Under the pieces are notes generated by a model. It did not search any database, had not been told where the DNA came from, and was given only the letters and a program-made list of their open reading frames with translations. A DNA stretch of 64,000 bases, from assembly GCF_009914755.1 (NCBI RefSeq), contig NC_060926.1; one strand, 5' to 3'. Both the position numbers and the translations under genes were made by a program. Origin of the DNA: the human T2T-CHM13v2.0 reference genome, Homo sapiens. Shown here in pieces: positions 57,001 through 64,000 of the stretch; within the stretch, counting starts at the first letter, position 1; the number at the start of each line of letters is the position of its first letter.

Positions 57001-57463
57001 CTGATAGCTGAAATTACCGTACTTCCAGATGTTCTTATGCATTATTGAGGTCTTCTGCAGTAGATGCTGGAAAAGGTAAGATAAGGTTTTATTTCTTTGT
57101 AGTAGTCACAACACTGAGATCAAAGATGGTAAAGTGCAGTGCTTAGTATTGAAAACTATGATGAACCTAACATTTATTTTCAGGTCGCAAACCTATCATA
57201 AAAACTGCTCATCAATCTTTAGTTAACCATTTCATGTGTAATCTGTGAGTGGAGCAAGAAAATATTTTGAAAGGTTTAAAAACACATATTTGACCACATA
57301 ATAAACTAATGCTAATTATGCATATATATAACGCTATAGTGGAAGCTCTATCTTGTGAGACAAGAGTGAAAATTAAAAAGAAAATAGGGACATTAAGATT
57401 ATTTCATAGAATAATTTGCACTAAATAATTCACTTTGGTCAGAATGTAAGAATCTGTTAAAGA

Positions 57464-57472
57464 ATATATATA

Positions 57473-57516
<44 letters not shown>

Positions 57517-57529
57517 CACATATATATAT
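57464..57529. repeat. (TA)n(CA)n microsatellite
   Basis: Direct reading. Confidence 0.95.
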
Positions 57530-57989
57530 TTTTAAATGGTTTCTGATAAAATCTGCCAGTACTCCAGAGAGTGCTAACTGAAGTGAAAACAGAGTAATTC
57601 CATTTTCTGAAATGTTTTCAGTTCAGTTCAAGGGAAAGAAGATAGGTGAAAATAGCTAACATGCATGCTACCCGCAGTGTGTTAACTTACTATAACCAAA
57701 ACATTTCATTTTGAATTATATGTTACACATTTGTATGATTACAAGAGTAAAAAGGAAAAAAAAATGCCATTTAGAATATCTTGATTCCTAACTTGAGTAA
57801 TCATCAGTTAACAGATAGCATTACTTTAAAAACAGGCAATAAAAATTCAGAAAACCCATGAAGGAACAATTTAGTTTCCAGTATTAGAACACCAAGGGCA
57901 ATGGAGCTCCTTTATTCAGAACAGCAAAGCTAGAAGAAAATGCAAAAAGATCTCTTAGAAAAGTGGACCTTATTTTCTCCAGTTGCACA

Positions 57990-58400
57990 GTCATTAGATG
58001 GTCTGCTAAAAAGGCCTGCTAGACTTTCGACTAATTACATCATCGGATCATCATACAGTTAAAATCAGTTGCAGGGCACTCATACACAACTAAATCCCTG
58101 TGTCTAATTACTATTTTAGTCTCTTTTTCCTTGTGACATGTTGGTGATAGATCATTATTTTTTCAGCAATTTGTTCGCATTTATATGCAATATAATTGGA
58201 TCTGATTAATTATTATGATTAATGACTGCAGAATTTCCTTGCAAAGCTATTAATACTGGTAGTATCAAATGAAAGACATGGACAAATTAAAGCCAATGGA
58301 TTCCTGTTGCTCGCACTTGCAGCGCCTGGGCTAAAGTAACCCTTTGCTGTTCCCTAGCAAACAGAAAGTGACTGTAAACCTGAGCTCTTTGAATGGTTTT
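57990..58400. promoter_or_regulatory. Putative conserved non-coding element / enhancer
   Basis: No repeat recognised. Dense homeodomain cores (ctaattac x2, tgattaat x2) and several retained CpGs in a CpG-depleted background. Confidence 0.4.
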
Positions 58401-59924
58401 CAGAAGCTCATAATGTGTGAAGTGTTTAGGATGCTTTTGGGCTTATTTAGGTGCATTGTAAGTGAGTAATCTGGCAGGTCTATGTTCAAGGAGCTCAGAG
58501 TATTATTGATTTGAAGTAGTAAGAAAATGTGTAGCATTAAAAATATGTAGAAAGCTATTAAGAAATAATTGTCGTGAAGGATATTTATAATTTCTCCATT
58601 TTCCTTGACAAATATGATATAAGGCACTTAGTTAACTTCTATTAAATGTCAGATTACAAAATTACTAAAGGACATATTTATGTAGAGTGTGTTTTGTATT
58701 TTAAATTATATTCTGGCTTAGTAGTAGGATATTACATGTAAAAAAAGCAAACAACGACTGAGTAGCTTAGGGGATCGACTTGCCTGTTACCTCTGGGACC
58801 TGACTTTAAATCTGGCTTTGAGCAAACTGAAGAAAAATCATTTCAATCTAATGGCAGCAGCAAATAAAAAAAATCAGATAGTTTGAGTTCCTTGAAGGTG
58901 GCAGCAAGCTTTTTGCTTTATGAAGTGTCCAGAATTCTGGGCTTTAAAGAAAAGAATTGGGTTTGGAGGATGCATGCCTCATTATAAATTGTAAAATCCA
59001 AAAGATGTTGAGTATAATTTGCATCTTTCATAAACAGTACCAGCCTTGCTCATAGCATGAGTCTTAACAGGGGGCATGAAGGCTTGAATCTTGCTGAGAA
59101 AATGGATTCATTCCGTCTGACCCAGAATTGGTAGTGGTGCCTGCATTAGCATCAAGATTCTCAAAAGAGTTAAAATATAGCTTTTTAGTTAGATCCAGAT
59201 GCAGGTATCTGATAATATTCAATGTGATAATGCTGGAAAATTAGTATTTTTTTTAACTTAAACAACGCTTGCTAGCCAACCCAATATATAAATGCAAGAG
59301 ATGAATTTGTTTTATAAACAACTGTAATTTTTCTTTGATGATTCATATTAAACTCACCAAAAAGAGAAAGAAGGTAGCCTAAAGGTATCATTGTGTGGAG
59401 GTGAATAGCAAAACATTGAAAGCACACCTGACTCTTTAGTCATTTTAGTTTTTCCCAGACAGTGAATTCCTGTGAAGCTTTCACACAATTATTGGTATTG
59501 AAATGTAAAATTATTTATTCAAATTCACACATTTTAAAAGGTATGATTTGTTTAATCATTATAGAAATGATTAAAACAAATGCAAGAACCTCATTAAAAA
59601 TCTTCTAGTTTCTACCAGAATAAGTAATTTGGCCTATCAGAGTTCTTAAATAGGCCACCAAGACCACCACCACCACCCCATTCCCCGGCTGAATGGCTTT
59701 GTATACATTATTTATATAAGGATAATGCTAGTTTTTTTCTGAGAGTAGAAAAATGGGATTAATGTGAAGATCAACACTGAAGCTATTTTCATGAGCTCCT
59801 GGTATATATAAACCACGTTTATGGCAATTACTTTAGAAATTAGGGCTGGCCTTCACCCCAGGTGAGAGTGAGAGTTGTGGTGAAAGGCAAGAAACTTGTT
59901 AAAGGGTTTCATTTCTTTTCCTAG

Positions 59925-60008
59925 GTAAGCATCACCGCCCAGGAGAGAGAGGGCACTCGCATACCTGATAAATAACGTTGGGTGTTCACAGTTGCTAATA
60001 TGAGAAAG
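59925..60008 (+). other. Candidate recursive-splice site with an 84-nt cryptic poison exon
   Basis: 'tttcatttcttttcctag|gtaagc' (3'ss immediately followed by a 5'ss), downstream donor 'aag|gtaatg', and stop codons in all three frames. Confidence 0.4.
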
Positions 60009-61169
60009 GTAATGAAACAATTAGTAACAGAGCGATTAATGACATTATTAAATATACTGTGTATGAATTGCCATCAAGAAAATTGGTTTTGAAATATATT
60101 TTGTGGAAAAATGCAACATAAAGCAAATAAAACTGCACACCATCCAGGACATCAATAAGAATAGTCCTGGGCCCTGGGTGCTTACAATTAATGTAGATGA
60201 CCTATCTGTCACTACAAGGGAACACCTTTCCATTCTCCTCTTATCTTGGTTTCAGGTAGTCACTTCCAACTACTTGAGAAAAAAATATACACATAACATT
60301 CATAACTGTAATACCTTGTAGCAACATGTATCCCAATGTTTTACATACTTTCACAGGAGAAATTTTATATTTGACATATGTATTGTTATTACAGAGACAA
60401 AGAGACCCTAGTGTTGTGTCTGATATGTATGACCAAAAGACTCCTCAGAAGAAGACCATTTAAATTTTAATCAAACAAAAGAACAAAATGATTAGAATCA
60501 CTTTTTCCCACATTACTATTTTAGAAAATAATCTTATTTGTCAATTATTTAACGATTCAGAGCCAATAACAAATCATCTAGCAAACCAGGAGAAGAATCG
60601 GGAGTAATACTAGGTCTTTGAATCTGATCTCAGCCATGGACTGACAGCAAACCATTTAAGAGGCAGCATCAACTCACTGCATCCTCTGAGGGATAGAATC
60701 TCTAGAAGCTGCTCTCTGGTGCACTACACTCTAGGTAGTCTGTCTTAATTCTATTCTAACATCAAGAGTCTATCCAAACAAGGAGGGCTCTGAGGAAACC
60801 TGATCAAGACTGAACAAGGATTAGAAACGTCTCTACCCATTATTGAATTAAACTACTGTGTCAGAGTATAATGCAACCCTGACAGGAATGTCGAGTCTGG
60901 GTTTGCCCACGCTTACCTATACAATAGAGTATAGAGCAAGGCGTGGCTAAAATACAAGCACAGCAAGGGGTATAAATCCTTTCAATTTTTCAAACCCAAT
61001 ACCATGATTTCCATCAGTTTTTTCTACCACATAGTGAGCAACCTAAAATAGCTGGTGACTGCTTCTTTTCTCTGGAATACTCATCCTTCCTAGCCAGTGA
61101 TGAGTCCATAGTTGTTGTGTTTTTTTTTTTTGTTTTTTTTTTTTTGTATAATTGCAGTATAGAGTCTTT

Positions 61170-61352
61170 TATTTAGAGTTTTTAGACCCTTTAAAGACCA
61201 TCTACTTCATACTCATCATTTTGTAGATGGGAAAACAAGGCCCAGAGAATTTAGATAGTTTGCACAATATTATATAATTAATAAGTGTCAGGGATCAAAA
61301 AGACCCAATTCTCTTGGCTATAAACCTATAGTCCTTTCCAATATACTATACA
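61170..61352 (-). mobile_element. MIR (MIRc/MIR3-like)
   Basis: 'cattttgtagatgggaaaacaaggcccagaga...tttgcacaa...tcctttccaatatactata'. Confidence 0.7.
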
Positions 61353-61389
61353 GTTGCTGACTGATATTTTAAAATATGACATTTAGAGC

Positions 61390-61910
61390 TCAATTTTTAA
61401 AAATTCTTGTCAGTCAGAATTCCCTAGGAGATTCATGTTTTGTCTAAATAACCAATACTCTAGCTTAAGTAAAGAATATCTTTTACAAATATTCCTCTAG
61501 AAAATGAAACGAAATTGGAAAAAACCTAAATATCCACCTAACAGGAATTGGTTCAATATATGAAATACACTTATATCGTAAAATGTTGTTAGATAATCTC
61601 AAAGAATGAGATAACTCTTCTTTTCATATAGCAGCATGAATAAATATGCATTATATGTGGTTAAATGTTCCAAATGCAAGCAGTAAAAAAGTATGCAAAG
61701 AATGATCCAGTTTTTAAAATTTTTAATTTGGTTATATAAGATGAGAATGTCTAGCATAATGCACATCAATGTTTAATCATGGGTCTCTCCAGGGATCCTA
61801 ATGGTGGGAACGAGAGGGATAATTTCGTGACATGCTACATGTATTTCTGGGCTGATTTTTTTTAAAAACAGTAAGGAGATATTTGCTTTTATAATTAAAA
61901 ATTAAAAGGT
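61390..61910 (+). mobile_element. L1ME-like 3' fragment
   Basis: 'aaattggaaaaaacctaaatatcca...caggaattggtt' plus a degenerate L1ME 3'UTR. Confidence 0.55.
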
Positions 61911-64000
61911 AAAACTAAAGAAATTGCATAAAACCAAATTCTAAATTTTACAGTCTTACATGACATTTACAAAGAAAAACTTTGTGGGTTTTTTTTCCAA
62001 ATTCTTATCACATTTCTGAGGTGCAGACACTTTTTGGTAAGCAAAGTGTTTGGTATTTTTTTTTATTTTTTTATTTTTTAAATACCCCTCTATTTACTAT
62101 TTTTTCTTCATTAGGAGTATAATAACTAATGATGGCTGTATAGTTACAAAAGTTATGTAGTCTTACATTTTTATCAAAAAATAAAGAAAAGGTTATTATA
62201 TTTTATTATAATAAATACAGTGCTAGTTTATGCATGAAAATGATGAGTGAAAAAAGAAAAAGTTAAAGACTTTGTCTTTGGCTTTTGTTTTATTTGGTTT
62301 GTAATTATTTAATATCACTTCCAAGAATGTTGGTGCACACTCTTTAGTTGAAAGATTCAAAAGACAAAGCAATTTAGTTGTTTGGCAACTTTCTATGACT
62401 CTGCCATGCAATTTTAACATGCAATATTTCACCTCGTCTATTTTCCACATATACAGTATATTCTTGGAATAAAAAGATGTAACTTCATGTGGAAAATCAT
62501 ACTTAGTATGTAAAATCAAACTTGATAGGAATTTGGAATTCCTCAAAAGAAGACATTCCACAAATACTACATTTGAAGAGCCCCAGAATTGTCTATTTAA
62601 TGTAGAAAACAGTATCAGAGCATCAGCTTTTAAACTCTGTTCTCATCTAAAGTCTGTTATAGCTAAGATTTTTGAAAAGTTTTAATATTATTTTTACTTT
62701 TGCTAAAATCTCTAACAACAAAACAAAGTTCTTAATGTTACACCTTAAGAATACACATTACATTTATAAAAAATAAAAACTTCTAAAGCAAAACATGTAC
62801 CTGTAAATCAAACTATTGATGAGAAGAGAGATGTTGTTTCGTAAGTGGTGAATACTTCTTTTCTTTTCTTGATGCTAGGAAGTAAAAAAAAAGGTTTTTT
62901 ATATATTTATTCTAGTAGATAGTGCAATAATTAAAAATTTAACAATTCCATATTAGCAACACTGTTTCTATTTAAATATGTGGTGTTCGCTTTACAATTA
63001 CTTAATGAAAAGGACAGCCTCATTTTATGGAGATAACATTGCTCCCCTAAATCACAAAGCAAAAAATAGAAGACCAAATCAATAGCCAAAATAAAGCTGA
63101 TGTATTGCTGATCTCCATTAATTTTTTACTTTGAAATACCATTTACATGTTTTGGTGTTTTAAATTTCAGCATTTTAGATAAATATTGACCAGGAAGTTC
63201 CCATGTTTTCTAATCAAATTTTTACAATAATTACATTATATAGAAATTGTTGTGCTATATATAGTTGTTCATCTAAAACATTGATGATAGTACATTACAA
63301 AAAAGAATAAGATCAGCAGCAATATTAGTAGCCAGAAATGTGTTCCTGGATATTCTTGTTTCTCTGAATTTTTTAATCCCACAAGAAACATTCAGAATGA
63401 TAAACATGCATTAGAAATTGAACTTTGTAAAACAAGTGTTTGGAATTCAAGAACCTGAACATCAAAGAAGGTCAAATGGCATACTGTTTCACAGAGCCCT
63501 AAAACGACTAAATATGTGGAAAATCACATATTAAGATACAAGTAAACACAATTTACTAATGATCATCTCTAGTGACATTATGGCTTTGCAAGTACACAGG
63601 CTTTGCTTGTATGCAGATTCAGGAAAATAACAGTGATTTGCCATTTTACCTGATAGAAGTTGCCTTAACTTCCAGTTCCATCGCTGTGAAAATACTCCTT
63701 CAAGCTTTTCTTACAATAAGAGGAGGATGGCTCATCTCCAAATGTTGAGCTGAGACACTTGAGTATGTTCTGTTAGATCAAAAATTGCAGAAATAAGCTT
63801 ATTCACTAGGAAACCTACTTGTAGAGAAATTGGAAAACCAAGAAATGTTAAGAGGAAATAGTTGTAAAACACAATGGTGGTGGAGATATAGAGTAAGAAT
63901 AGGTATATAACATCTAGGTGTAAATTTGAAGGTAAATATTTTAATAATGAAAGATTCAGGAATGAGAATTTTCTGATCGCACAATGAAGAACAATACAAT

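Overview
Primate (human-like) nuclear genomic DNA, AT-rich and CpG-depleted, that reads like a large intron or a gene desert. I find no credible host protein-coding exon, RNA gene or CRISPR array. Every long ORF derives from LINE-1 or Alu, or is a chance ORF. The dominant structure is a ~16 kb nested, co-oriented LINE-1 stack (23862-39891). In it, an old full-length L1MA3-like element hosts an L1PA4-like element with a ~2.3 kb internal deletion, a full-length L1PA7-like element that carries an AluS, and an AluY; target-site duplications (TSDs) are readable for all four insertions. The rest is a mosaic of MIR, L2, L3/CR1, MaLR/ERVL LTRs, MER2, ORSL, HAL1, old L1M fragments, Alus and microsatellites, plus several repeat-free, TAAT-rich, CpG-retaining blocks that look like conserved enhancers. 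The most interesting non-annotated signals are: (i) a candidate recursive-splice site with an 84-nt poison exon (59925-60008); (ii) an ungapped 117-bp inverted duplication (51474-51590 vs 52907-53023); (iii) several locally templated insertion scars typical of polymerase-theta-type repair. Repeat subfamily names are from recalled consensus sequences rather than a database search, and old-repeat boundaries are approximate.
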